Shown here one piece after another: positions 18,401-27,529 of a stretch of 64,000 bases of DNA. The first letter of the stretch is position 1; each line of letters begins with the position of its first letter. The position numbers and the translations under genes were made by a program. This DNA is from Deltaproteobacteria bacterium (GTDB lineage Bacteria; Myxococcota_A; Polyangia; Fen-1088): positions 96,001 through 160,000 of the forward strand of contig JANRKS010000009.1 in the NCBI GenBank assembly GCA_033763315.1. The letters run 5' to 3'. A model generated the notes under the pieces. The model saw only the letters and a list, made by a program, of their open reading frames with translations, ran no database searches and had not been told where the DNA came from.

Positions 18401-19625
18401 CTCTGACGACGTCAAAGGTGAAGTGACCATCAAGATGCGCGACGTGCCCTGGGATCAGGCCTTGGACGTGGTCTTGCGGGCCAAGACGCTGGGCCAAGTG
18501 CGCGAGGGCAATCTGATCCGCGTGGCCCCTATCCAGGTGCTTGAGAAAGAGCTTGAGCAGGAGATCTCCAAGCAAAAGCAAATGACCGAGGTGATGCCCA
18601 CCGAGACGCGTCTCATTGGCGTCTCGTATGCTGAAGCCAAAGAGCTTGAGTCGCGTGCCAAGGACCTGCTTTCGGCGCGGGGCAAAGTGTCTGTGGACGA
18701 ACGCACCAACAATTTGATCGTTTCAGACGTGGCCAAGAATCTGGCCTTGGTGGAAGAGCTGGTGCGCAACCTAGACACACAGACATCTCAGGTTGTCATC
18801 GAGGCGCGCATCATCGAAGCGCGTTCAACCTTCGTCCGTGCCCTGGGCGTGCAGTGGGGCGGCACCACCTTCTTGGACGCCGAGCACGGCAACCCCACAG
18901 GCCTGGTGTTTCCGAACTCCGTCGGCATCGGCGGTGGCGCTTCTGACTCCATCGGCAGCACGCAAGGCTTGGTGCCTAACCCACGCAGCGGCATTGCGGG
19001 TTCAGCAAGCCAAAGCCCCAACTATGCGGTGAACTTGCCTGCGGCGGTCGGCGCCGGCAGCGGTGGTGCTTTGGGCCTCACTTTGGGATCCGTTGCGGGC
19101 GCTTTGAATTTGAACTTGCGCTTGTCGGCGCTTGAGCAAAGTGGCCAGGTACGGATCTTATCGTCACCGCGCATCTCCACGATGGACAACGTGCAAGCGT
19201 CTATCGAGCAGGGCGTGGCGATTCCGATCTCGGTGGTCAGCGCCCAGGGCGTACAAACGGTGTTCGTAGACGCAAAGCTCAACCTAACAGTAAAGCCTCA
19301 CGTCACCAACGAAGGCACCGTCATCTTAACTGTGCATGTGACACGTAACGAACCTGACTTCGTGAACACGGGCGCTCGTGGCGACCCCACCATCTTGAAG
19401 AAGGAAGCCAAGACCGTGATGTTGGTGCGCGACGGTGACACCGCGGTGATTGGTGGTATCTACCAACGCAACTCAGGCTTGAACTATAGCAAGGTGCCTT
19501 TCTTCGCGGACATTCCCATCGTTGGCTTCTTCTTCCGTAGCCGCAGAGAGAACGACGACCGCACGGAATTCCTTGTTTTCATCACACCGCGCATCGCCAA
19601 CCGATCGCGCTCCTTGGCGCAATGA
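15465..19625 (+). CDS. pilQ: Type IV pilus secretin PilQ with very long coiled-coil insertion
   Basis: Two AMIN-like domains, GRRIDLDFKGADIHNILRL, VPWDQALD, VDERTN, QVVIEARIIEA, GDTAVIGGI, FITPRI secretin motifs. Confidence 0.95.
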   Translation: MSRTKAIMGSMAAHKWIVLTVAGALVQVQAPAVAAAPASAEAAAAGPIVVQEQPDGRTRLTIRASAKPKFTTWKMERPSRVVVDITGATVAGVESPFDAGTFAVGNVSAGTEASKTRVTLTLRRGADYQVQAQGNNIVVDVTPWEAPPRAAVASDPALLEAARKEAADAAKARAEAEARANKAEAEAHKAVAAANQAQATVKSLAEEKQQAERARQEAAERAARSVADERKQAELAKQEAAAQAARLVAEERRQAEQVRKQAELAKQEAAAQAARLVAEERRQAEQVRQQAALQVRQTAAEALARLDAEKAALEASRAKAEAAQVEAAKMTEALATERAAIERARKGVEDAARAAAVAKQAATEGQRRSERDAADKAAKHLAQEQAALDVRRAQAQASEQAAVQAMQRLALQTREVESRQQQAEHARAQALAAAQMLEKDRQQAASARAEAERLRANAQDADRKAKALLAAAMAEQKRAEERQKQGRQDDEQASRMVAQARQQTEQAREAAEAARSEVARSEAERKRLVNEREALAKQQAALAMAEQQAAAVAKRANDVTAKAAAVEAAMAQLERDKQSLAQQRKALEAEQATIAAAARANAAEREKIDSKASSFEKAMKDQQLALAKAAAAQEREQARLRQAEQELLATKGELAKREQALAAAKKDAQGKRASEEQAKLDAAEAALKKALAAHAEAEQRRQSQEDKLSALALERQSLEASRAKMVQELDAVKSELASAKAEVARLKAAPKPAPAPVVAVAAAPAVRPAVAPVQENHVVYAAAERPRSVTLRVPSRVSRIDFVDEPARSSVIIDLEEPTEFSIERSTGRRVTLRLHHADLPKLLERSMDATQYFGPVRLINSYRDPSERGSVRVEVELAEMVPNRVRTDGARLYWDFDKARPGSAATVDVFELPPVRVAAFHTMALPVMVAQEGAGSSRRPSASKKRFTGRRIDLDFKGADIHNILRLLAEVGGVNIVTSDDVKGEVTIKMRDVPWDQALDVVLRAKTLGQVREGNLIRVAPIQVLEKELEQEISKQKQMTEVMPTETRLIGVSYAEAKELESRAKDLLSARGKVSVDERTNNLIVSDVAKNLALVEELVRNLDTQTSQVVIEARIIEARSTFVRALGVQWGGTTFLDAEHGNPTGLVFPNSVGIGGGASDSIGSTQGLVPNPRSGIAGSASQSPNYAVNLPAAVGAGSGGALGLTLGSVAGALNLNLRLSALEQSGQVRILSSPRISTMDNVQASIEQGVAIPISVVSAQGVQTVFVDAKLNLTVKPHVTNEGTVILTVHVTRNEPDFVNTGARGDPTILKKEAKTVMLVRDGDTAVIGGIYQRNSGLNYSKVPFFADIPIVGFFFRSRRENDDRTEFLVFITPRIANRSRSLAQ
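16152..16327 (+). repeat. 87-bp (29-aa) tandem duplication inside pilQ
   Basis: Copies begin at 16152 and 16239; RKQAELAKQEAAAQAARLVAEERRQAEQV twice, with two synonymous differences seen. Confidence 0.9.
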
Positions 19626-20155
19626 CATCAGACAAACCCATCGTGTTGATAGGATTTATGGCCACCGGAAAGAGCACCGTCGGGCGGTTGGTTGCCGCGC
19701 GTACGGAACGGGCCTTTATCGATCTTGATGCCGCCATCGAAGCAGCGGCGGGAAAGTCGGTGGCCGAGATCTTCAAACAAGAGGGTGAGCCTGGTTTTCG
19801 CGCGCAAGAATCTGCGGCCCTGCAAATGGCATTGGAAAAGCGCGATGTCGTCATCGCCACGGGGGGCGGAGCCGCGTGTCGTGAAAACAACCTGCGCGCG
19901 ATGTTGGAAGCAGGTTTCGTGGTGGCGTTGCAGGCCGATCCCGCTGAGGTGATCCGCCGGGTGGGATCGGGATCAGGACGGCCATTGCTTGATGGCCAAG
20001 CCGATCCTCAACAAGCCGCCATGAAATTGCTCGCCGAGCGCGAGCCGTTTTACGCGCGGGCACACGCCCGCATCGATACCGTGGGCAGGCCGCCCGAGCA
20101 TGTGGCCACCGACGTTATCAACGCTTTCGACAGCACAAGGAGCGATGAGCGATGA
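19622..20155 (+). CDS. aroK: Shikimate kinase
   Basis: IGFMATGKSTVG, DLD..IE, GEPGFR, VIATGGG, RPLL, R.PFY; classic position after pilQ. Confidence 0.93.
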   Translation: MTSDKPIVLIGFMATGKSTVGRLVAARTERAFIDLDAAIEAAAGKSVAEIFKQEGEPGFRAQESAALQMALEKRDVVIATGGGAACRENNLRAMLEAGFVVALQADPAEVIRRVGSGSGRPLLDGQADPQQAAMKLLAEREPFYARAHARIDTVGRPPEHVATDVINAFDSTRSDER

Positions 20156-20196
20156 ACCGCACACAGCAGAATGAGGGCACCTTGAAGAGGCACAGC

Positions 20197-21000
20197 ATGA
20201 ACACAGCGATGAAATCAGTTGTGGCCTTGATGGCCGCCGCGGTTCCGTTGCTGGCGGGATGCACGACCGACGTCAACGGCGCCTTCATCATCGTACAGAA
20301 CCAGGTGCCGGAGCTTGTATCGGGCGCTTGCGCTGTGCCCAGCAAGGCTTCCGAAACGCGGCAGATCGCAGGCACCGGGGCCTATGATGTGGATCTCGAC
20401 AAGCCGTATCCTTACTTTCTCTACCCGTTGCTCCGCAACGATCTGCCGGTGGCCGCCACCGAGGGCACCATTGAGGTGAACCGCATTGAATACACGGGCG
20501 TGGAGGTGAAGATCGAACCGCCCGCAGGCGTGGCCTTTCCTTCCACCGCCGATTGCCCCACCGAGTTCAAATTCGCCGAACGTGCCTCCATCCCGCCCAC
20601 GGGTGAGGTGGGATCTGCGGTGCAGGTGTTCTTGCCCTGTCACTCGGCCACGCTGCTGAAGATGTTCAATTCAGGCGCTCTGCCCAAAGACTTCGCCACA
20701 TATGTTCGCTTCAAAGTCACTATCCGCGCCATCGGCAAGCACGGCAATGGCACCTTGAAGTCCGATCCGTTTGAGTACATCGTCCGCGTCTGCAAAGGGT
20801 GCTTGCAAACCGGCTATTCCCCGATGTTTGCTCCCTTCGAGTACCCTGGGGTGCCCGCCTGCACGGCTCTTGCCGCGAATCCGTATCAAGGAAACCCTTG
20901 CAACCCGGCCCAGGACGGTCAAATCCTTTGTTGCAAGAAGGCCGACGATAAGCTGGATTGTCCCGGCCGCCCGGCCGCCACTTCAGCCGCCGCGCCGTAA
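20197..21000 (+). CDS. Cys-rich lipoprotein of unknown function
   Basis: Lipobox LLAGC, 10 further Cys (VCKGC, LCC); GAGG SD before ATG 20197. Confidence 0.75.
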   Translation: MNTAMKSVVALMAAAVPLLAGCTTDVNGAFIIVQNQVPELVSGACAVPSKASETRQIAGTGAYDVDLDKPYPYFLYPLLRNDLPVAATEGTIEVNRIEYTGVEVKIEPPAGVAFPSTADCPTEFKFAERASIPPTGEVGSAVQVFLPCHSATLLKMFNSGALPKDFATYVRFKVTIRAIGKHGNGTLKSDPFEYIVRVCKGCLQTGYSPMFAPFEYPGVPACTALAANPYQGNPCNPAQDGQILCCKKADDKLDCPGRPAATSAAAP

Positions 21001-21061
21001 CCGCTTTGTCCCGCCCCGCTTGACACCGGGGGAACTGCGAGATTAGAAGGCCTCTGCGACT

Positions 21062-21418
21062 ATGTTTCGCGAGACAATTCAAAAGGTTGTGGAAGGGATC
21101 GATGGCGGCCTGGCCGGCGTGTTGATGGGCTTTGACGGAATCTCCGTGGATGCCTACACCAAGCCGCAGGCCACCACCGACATAAACACCGTGGGCATGG
21201 AGTTCGCCCACGTGCTGGGGCAGATCCGTAAAGCCGCTGAATTGTTAGAAGTGGGCGCCTTGGACGAGGTGAGCCTGAGCACCGAAACACTCCGCGTGGC
21301 CATTCGAGTGATCAACGAGGAATACTTCGTTGCCTGTGTGCTCGGACCCGCGGGTAACCTGGCAAAGGCACGCTACTTGTTACGGGTCTCGGCGCCGGCC
21401 ATCAAGGCGGAGCTGTAA
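21062..21418 (+). CDS. Roadblock/LC7 domain protein (MglC-like)
   Basis: [24 protein letters not shown]; same position after pilQ as M. xanthus mglC. Confidence 0.85.
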   Translation: MFRETIQKVVEGIDGGLAGVLMGFDGISVDAYTKPQATTDINTVGMEFAHVLGQIRKAAELLEVGALDEVSLSTETLRVAIRVINEEYFVACVLGPAGNLAKARYLLRVSAPAIKAEL

Positions 21419-21423
21419 GCCTC

Positions 21424-21975
21424 GTGGCAAAAGCAACGTCTCCCAAACCGCCAGCGAAGGCGGCGCAAGCAACATCTTCGGGCCCTTCACGGCCTGTGAT
21501 TCTTGTGCTCCACGGCCCCAATTTGAATCTACTCGGTACCCGCGAGCCGCACATCTATGGGCACGTTACCCTCGACGATATCAACGAGGGGTTGGTCGCC
21601 CAGGGGCAGGCCGCTGGCGTGGAGGTTCACGCCTATCAGTCGAACCACGAGGGTGCCCTCATCGATTTGGTCCAGCAGGCCCGGCACACCGCTGCGGCCA
21701 TCGTGATCAACGCCGGCGGCTTCACGCATACGTCTGTGGCCTTGCGAGACGCCTTGGCGGCTTGCGATCTACCTGTCATAGAAGTTCATCTTTCAAATCT
21801 GGCAAAGCGTGAGGACTTCAGGCATCGTTCGCTGCTGGCAGCGGTGGCGGTGGGGCAGATAGCGGGGTTCGGTGCCTTGAGCTACCGGCTGGGTCTGGAA
21901 GCCGCCATTGAATGTTCTCGAGCTACGCCAAAGCAATCTTCTGAAGGTTCCAAGAAAGGATCTACCTCGCGATGA
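21424..21975 (+). CDS. aroQ: Type II 3-dehydroquinate dehydratase
   Basis: [51 protein letters not shown]. Confidence 0.96.
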   Translation: MAKATSPKPPAKAAQATSSGPSRPVILVLHGPNLNLLGTREPHIYGHVTLDDINEGLVAQGQAAGVEVHAYQSNHEGALIDLVQQARHTAAAIVINAGGFTHTSVALRDALAACDLPVIEVHLSNLAKREDFRHRSLLAAVAVGQIAGFGALSYRLGLEAAIECSRATPKQSSEGSKKGSTSR

Positions 21976-22520
21976 CCAAGCGCAAAGGGACGGTGTCCAA
22001 GCGGTCCGTTTCACCCGCCACCGCCCGCACCACAGTGGCGCCAACCCCGCCCACAACGGGGGGCTTTGATCTGAAGTTGTTGCGGGATCTGGCCCGCATC
22101 GCGAATGAGTACGACCTGGAATCGGTTGAACTGCGGCCCGATGGTGGCATCTGCATCAGCCGCGTGCCGGCGTCAGGCGCACGTATGGTGGCGGCGCCCA
22201 TGTCCCCCGCGTCGTTAAGCTTGGTGCCGCCCGTGGCGTCATCTCCCAGCCCCAAGGCTGAAGCGCCGAAGCTTGAAGACGGCGTGATGATCACGTCCCC
22301 CTTCGTCGGCACATTCTACCGCGCGAGCAGCCCCGAAAACCCGCCTTTCGCTGAGGTGGGGCAATCCATCCGCAAAGGCCAGGTGGTTTGCATCGTGGAA
22401 GCGATGAAGTTGATGAACGAAATCGAAGCGGACGTCGACGGTAAGCTTATCGAGGTCTTGGTCAAGAACGGCGAGCACGTGGAATACGGTCAACCGTTGT
22501 TCCGCATGGCGAAGCTTTAA
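21972..22520 (+). CDS. accB: Acetyl-CoA carboxylase biotin carboxyl carrier protein
   Basis: [18 protein letters not shown] biotinylation motif, VEYGQPLF. Confidence 0.95.
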   Translation: MTKRKGTVSKRSVSPATARTTVAPTPPTTGGFDLKLLRDLARIANEYDLESVELRPDGGICISRVPASGARMVAAPMSPASLSLVPPVASSPSPKAEAPKLEDGVMITSPFVGTFYRASSPENPPFAEVGQSIRKGQVVCIVEAMKLMNEIEADVDGKLIEVLVKNGEHVEYGQPLFRMAKL

Positions 22521-22538
22521 ACCCAACCGGGCAACGGC

Positions 22539-23861
22539 GTGTTCAAGAAGGTTCTCATCGCGAACCGAGGGGAAATTGCCCTTCGGGTTATCCGGGCCTG
22601 TCGTGAGATGGGCATCAAGACTGTGGCGGTGCATTCCACCGCTGACGCCGAGGCTATGCACGTGCGCCGTGCCGACGAAAAGGTGTGCATTGGCCCGCCG
22701 CCTTCGCGCCAAAGTTACAATTCGATTCCTGCGTTGATCAGCGCGGCTGAAGTCACGCACGCCGACGCCATCCACCCCGGTTACGGCTTCTTATCCGAGA
22801 ACGCCGAATTCGCGGATGTGGTGCAAAAGTGTGGCCTCACGTGGATTGGGCCGCAGCCTTCTGTCATCCGCATGATGGGCGACAAGGTCCAGGCCCGTAA
22901 CACAATGACCGCCGCGGGCGTGCCTGTTTTGCCCGGTACAGGCGTGCTTCGCACGGACGAAGAAGCTGAAGAAGCGGTGGATCGCATCGGTTTGCCTGTG
23001 ATCATCAAGGCCGTTGGTGGCGGCGGTGGTCGCGGCATGAAGATCGTCAAAGAGCGCAAGCATTTGCCGTCGCAATTGGCGGCGGCGCGCTCAGAGGCCC
23101 AAGCTGGTTTCTCAAACCCCGCCGTCTACATCGAGCGGTACGTGGGCAAGCCTCGCCACATCGAGGTGCAGGTTTTAGGCGACGGTGAAAACGCCATGGC
23201 CTTGGGCGAGCGCGAGTGTTCGATTCAGCGTCGCCACCAAAAGCTTGTGGAAGAGGCGCCGTCGGTTGCGTTGGACGACAAGAGCCGCGCTGAACTGCTG
23301 AAGGTGGCACGCAAGGCCACCGCCGCTTTGAACTACAAGACGGTGGGCACACTCGAATTCCTGCTCGACGAAGACAAGCGCTTTTACTTTATGGAGATGA
23401 ACACCCGCATCCAGGTGGAACACACCGTGACGGAAGAGGTGTTTGGCGTGGATCTCGTCCGAGAGCAGATCGAGCTGGCGGCGGGATCCAAGCTGCGTCT
23501 GAAGAAGGATATGAAGCCACGCGGCCACTCGATCGAGCTGCGCATCAACGCGGAGGATCCCGTGACCTTTGCACCCTCGCCAGGCCTCATCACAGGCCTG
23601 CGCATGCCGGGCGGTTTGGGAGTGCGCATCGACACCCACATCTACCAAGGTTATCGGGTGCCGTCCTACTACGACTCACTGTTGGCCAAGCTCATCGTTC
23701 ACGGTGACACGCGGCTGCTTGCGATCGATCGTCTGCGTCGTTGCTTGGACGAGTTTGAGGTCGAGGGCTGCAAAACCAACGTCGACTTCTACAAACGCCT
23801 CATCGCACACCCAGATTTCGTTGCGGGCCGCTTAGACACACACTTCCTTGAGCGCATGTAG
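22539..23861 (+). CDS. accC: Acetyl-CoA carboxylase biotin carboxylase subunit
   Basis: IANRGEIA, HPGYGFLSEN, GGGGRGM, ERECSIQRRHQK, EMNTRIQVEH, YYDSLLAKL. Confidence 0.96.
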   Translation: MFKKVLIANRGEIALRVIRACREMGIKTVAVHSTADAEAMHVRRADEKVCIGPPPSRQSYNSIPALISAAEVTHADAIHPGYGFLSENAEFADVVQKCGLTWIGPQPSVIRMMGDKVQARNTMTAAGVPVLPGTGVLRTDEEAEEAVDRIGLPVIIKAVGGGGGRGMKIVKERKHLPSQLAAARSEAQAGFSNPAVYIERYVGKPRHIEVQVLGDGENAMALGERECSIQRRHQKLVEEAPSVALDDKSRAELLKVARKATAALNYKTVGTLEFLLDEDKRFYFMEMNTRIQVEHTVTEEVFGVDLVREQIELAAGSKLRLKKDMKPRGHSIELRINAEDPVTFAPSPGLITGLRMPGGLGVRIDTHIYQGYRVPSYYDSLLAKLIVHGDTRLLAIDRLRRCLDEFEVEGCKTNVDFYKRLIAHPDFVAGRLDTHFLERM

Positions 23862-24076
23862 GCCCTAGCCCCGCAGGTGCGTCTGCGCCGCCTTCGGTTT
23901 GTGGCATCTCACACAATCGGTGCGGCAGACAGCGGTTTAGGTCAAGTCGCTCCCCCGAACGGTCGATCAGAAAAAGGGGCGCTGCTCCTGACAATCATTC
24001 TACTTCTCTTTACACGCCGTAAGTTCCCGGTAAGACTGTAGAAAATCTCGTCGTCCAAGGGGCCCCCGTTACCGCC

Positions 24077-26479
24077 GTGAGTAAAAAGGAAAAATTCCTC
24101 GCTTCGGCTCAGAAGCACCTCGAACGAGGAAGCCTCGACAAGGCTTTGGCCGATTACCAAAAAGCGGCGGAAGACGATCCGAAGGACACGCGCGTTTGGC
24201 TCAAGATTGCCGAGCTGCAGGTCAAACGAGGGCGCAAAGAAGACGCCCGCGATGTCTATCTTAAGACCGCGGAGATCTACACGGAGCAGGGGTTTTTCCA
24301 GCGTGCCGTGGCGGTCTACAAGAATTTGCTGAAGCTCACGCCGGGCTTCGTTGACGCTCACTTCAAGTTGGCCGATCTGTTTCGCCAATTAGGCCTGCTT
24401 TCGGACGCCATGCAACAGTACGAGTTGGCGGCGGCTGTCTATCAGAAGCTGGGCAAGGTGGCCGAAGCCATGGGTGCCATGCGCAAGATCGTGGATCTGA
24501 ATCCCGATCACGTTTTGGCACGCATCAAACTTGCGGAGGCGGCATCATCCGCCGGCCTCAAGGACGAAGCGATAGCGTCGTTTCGACAGGCGGCCGAACA
24601 GCTGCGCACCCAAGGGCGCAGCGACGAATTCTTGCGTGTGGCTGAACGCTTGTTGGCCCACGCGCCGAACGATCTTGCGTTCGCCAAAGAGGTGGCCGCG
24701 GGCTACATCGAAAGGGGCAACGCTCGTTTCGCCTTGGCCAAACTGCAGCCGTGTTTTGCCGCCGATCCACGCGATCTTGAAACGCTGGCGTTGTTGGCCA
24801 AAGCGTTTGAACAGCTGGGCCAGGTGGCCAAAACGCTGTCAGTCACCAAAGAGATTGGCCGCATTCATCGAGATGCCGGTCGCATGGCCGAAGCGTTGGC
24901 TGCGTTCCAAAAAGCCGCGGCGCTTGATCCTTCGGACGATGAAGCGCGCAATGAAGTGACGCGCGCGCAGGCATCGTCGGCGGCCCGCGCCGCCCCCAGC
25001 AGCCCCGCGGCTGTGAGGCAAGCTGGCAAACCAAGTCCGTTTGCTTCGATCACCTTTAGCGAGATGGCCATTCCGCAGTTCCTGCTGCCCAAAGAAAGCA
25101 GCACCTCGATGCCCGCGATCACCATGTCGCCTGAAGCGATGACGGGCGCCTCGCGGCGATCAGCGTCTCCCACGCCTGCTGTGGATACCGAACGCCTCAT
25201 TTCAGAGGCCGATCTGTTCATCAAATACAATTTGTTCGATAGGGCTGTTGAACATGTGCGGCGGGTGTTTGATCAAGCACCCGATCACCCAGGTGCCCGT
25301 GAACGTTTGGCCTACGCGCTGGTGCAGCTTGGTCGCCACCAAGAGGCTGCTACGCAATACGCGTTGCTGGGCGAGCTCTTCCGGTTTTCTGATCCCGCGC
25401 GCTCGTCGGTTTACATGAAGCAGGCGGCGGCCACACGGCCGCAGCACGAAGCCGGCGACCAAACCACCGAGACGGGCAACACGCCTGAATTCTCGATGTC
25501 GTCCACGGACACGTCTGGCGAGGTGCTGGATTTCGAATCCTTGGATGCGGAATTCATCGAGGAGGACGATGATGACGAGGCACCGGCCAGCGTGACGCCG
25601 GCCCTGTTGTCGCTGTCGGATCTGGCCAGCCAGGTGAACGCACGCACGGACAAGGTGTCGGCGTACAAGCCCGAACCCGGTGAGGAAACTTCGGATGATT
25701 GGGCGCCTCCTACGTCTGAGATGACGCTGCCGTCGTTCGACGAATTTGATCGCGTGGAACGCACATCGGCGGAGGGCTTCTCCGAAGCGGCTCTATCCGC
25801 TGATTTGGAACAGGTGGACTTTTTCATCAATGAGGGCCTGGCCGATGAAGCCCAAAGCCTGCTGGATGATCTTGTCACCCGTTACCCGCGCCACCCGGCG
25901 GTGGCTGAGCGGTTCGCGCGTCTTCGTGATCTCAGCAGCCGCGGCGCTGTGCCGCAAAGCCCGCCCCACACCGATTCATCTGCGCCGCGCGCCGAGTTGG
26001 CCACGGGTGAATCGGCCGATTCTGCCACGCACGCTGATCTCGGCGTCGCCTACAAAGAGATGGGCTTGTTCGACGCGGCCATCAAAGAATTCAAAGTTTT
26101 GTCGCAGGATCCTGACCGCGAGATTGATGCCCTGATCATGATTGGTGAGTGCTACGAGGGCAAAAATGCGCTGCCGGATGCGGTCATCCATTACAAGAAA
26201 GCGCTGAACCGCGCGCACATCAGTGACGCTCAAGCCACGCAGATCTACTTTCAGTTGGGGCGCGTCTTCGAAGCTTTAGGCGACGGCAAAGAAGCGCTGT
26301 ATTTTTTCGAGAAGGTGGTGCGGCGCAATCCGAACCACGCCGATGTGTCCGCCCGCGTGGCGCGCTTGGGTGGGGGCGGGGGGGCCTCAAAGCCAGCGAA
26401 TCCACTAGCCGCGGCGGACTCTGCCAGTGTAAACGTGGCTTTGGACGCAATCTCCGGCGGCAACCGTTCCCGATCTTGA
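24077..26479 (+). CDS. Tetratricopeptide repeat protein (SgmX-like)
   Basis: N-terminal TPR block (GFFQRAVAVYK), acidic linker, C-terminal TPRs (THADLGVAYKEMGLFD.AI.EF); follows accC as M. xanthus sgmX does. Confidence 0.85.
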   Translation: MSKKEKFLASAQKHLERGSLDKALADYQKAAEDDPKDTRVWLKIAELQVKRGRKEDARDVYLKTAEIYTEQGFFQRAVAVYKNLLKLTPGFVDAHFKLADLFRQLGLLSDAMQQYELAAAVYQKLGKVAEAMGAMRKIVDLNPDHVLARIKLAEAASSAGLKDEAIASFRQAAEQLRTQGRSDEFLRVAERLLAHAPNDLAFAKEVAAGYIERGNARFALAKLQPCFAADPRDLETLALLAKAFEQLGQVAKTLSVTKEIGRIHRDAGRMAEALAAFQKAAALDPSDDEARNEVTRAQASSAARAAPSSPAAVRQAGKPSPFASITFSEMAIPQFLLPKESSTSMPAITMSPEAMTGASRRSASPTPAVDTERLISEADLFIKYNLFDRAVEHVRRVFDQAPDHPGARERLAYALVQLGRHQEAATQYALLGELFRFSDPARSSVYMKQAAATRPQHEAGDQTTETGNTPEFSMSSTDTSGEVLDFESLDAEFIEEDDDDEAPASVTPALLSLSDLASQVNARTDKVSAYKPEPGEETSDDWAPPTSEMTLPSFDEFDRVERTSAEGFSEAALSADLEQVDFFINEGLADEAQSLLDDLVTRYPRHPAVAERFARLRDLSSRGAVPQSPPHTDSSAPRAELATGESADSATHADLGVAYKEMGLFDAAIKEFKVLSQDPDREIDALIMIGECYEGKNALPDAVIHYKKALNRAHISDAQATQIYFQLGRVFEALGDGKEALYFFEKVVRRNPNHADVSARVARLGGGGGASKPANPLAAADSASVNVALDAISGGNRSRS

Positions 26480-26524
26480 TCCGCTGGGGCGGGGGGAGCT
26501 GCTAGGGTGGGAGCAGGTGACGCA

Positions 26525-27463
26525 ATGACTTTGATGGATTCCGCAATTACGTACTTTCAAGGCCTGCAGGACCGCATATGCGACGCTTTGGCCGAAATCG
26601 AAGGCGCAAGCTTTCGGGAAGACACCTGGCAGCGTGACGGTGGTGGTGGGGGCCGCAGCCGCGTCCTAACAGGTGGCAAGGTGTTCGAGAAAGCCGGCGT
26701 CAACTTCTCCGACGTGCACGGCGAGTTGCGACCAGATTTTTCCGGTGCGCTGCCGGGCGACGGTTTGAAGTTTCGCGCCACTGGCATTTCGTTGGTGATT
26801 CATCCACGCAACCCCTACGTGCCGACTGTGCACGCGAATTTTCGCCGCATCGAACGCGGCAGCGTGGGCTGGTTTGGCGGTGGTGCGGATCTCACGCCGT
26901 ATTACGTGTTTGCCGAAGATGCCAAACACTTTCACCGCACGTTAAAGACCGCGTGCGACGCAGGCGGCGGCGCCGGCACCTATGATCGTTTCAAAGCTTG
27001 GTGCGATCGCTATTTCTTCATCGCCCACAGAAACGAGCCGCGCGGCATTGGCGGCGTGTTTTTTGATTATTTGGGTGCGGGAGGCGAAGCCACCGCCCGC
27101 GAAACGGGCGTGCCCGAGGCGGCCTTCGAGAAGAACCCAGAAGATACGTTTGCGTTCCTGCGTTCGGTGGGTGACGCGTTCTTGCCGGCGTATTTGCCGA
27201 TCGTGCACAAACACAAAGACGACGCGTTTGGCGATCGCGAGCGGCGGTGGCAATTGCACCGCCGCGGCCGCTACGTTGAGTTCAACTTAGTATACGACCG
27301 AGGCACAGTGTTTGGGTTGCGCACGGACGGTCGTGTGGAATCCATCTTGATGTCGTTGCCCCCCGAGGTCACCTGGGAATACAACTATGCGCCGCCCACG
27401 GGCAGCCCTGAAGCCCAAAGCCTTGAGCAGATCATCTCGCGGCGCAACTGGGCTGATCTGTAA
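26525..27463 (+). CDS. hemF: Oxygen-dependent coproporphyrinogen III oxidase
   Basis: FEKAGVNFS, HPRNPYVPTVHAN, WFGGGADLTPYY, RRGRYVEFNLVYDRGT.FG, ESILMSLP. Confidence 0.96.
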   Translation: MTLMDSAITYFQGLQDRICDALAEIEGASFREDTWQRDGGGGGRSRVLTGGKVFEKAGVNFSDVHGELRPDFSGALPGDGLKFRATGISLVIHPRNPYVPTVHANFRRIERGSVGWFGGGADLTPYYVFAEDAKHFHRTLKTACDAGGGAGTYDRFKAWCDRYFFIAHRNEPRGIGGVFFDYLGAGGEATARETGVPEAAFEKNPEDTFAFLRSVGDAFLPAYLPIVHKHKDDAFGDRERRWQLHRRGRYVEFNLVYDRGTVFGLRTDGRVESILMSLPPEVTWEYNYAPPTGSPEAQSLEQIISRRNWADL

Positions 27464-27529
27464 CGCCGTTCGATTGGCTGACTAAACTCGCTGGAGCTTG
27501 CGCCCGTGTCCCGCTAAGGTTGGGGAACG

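Noticed and set aside
23881-23930. Imperfect hairpin after accC as terminator or ncRNA
   Set aside because: Bulged stem with no U-tract and no recognisable family motif
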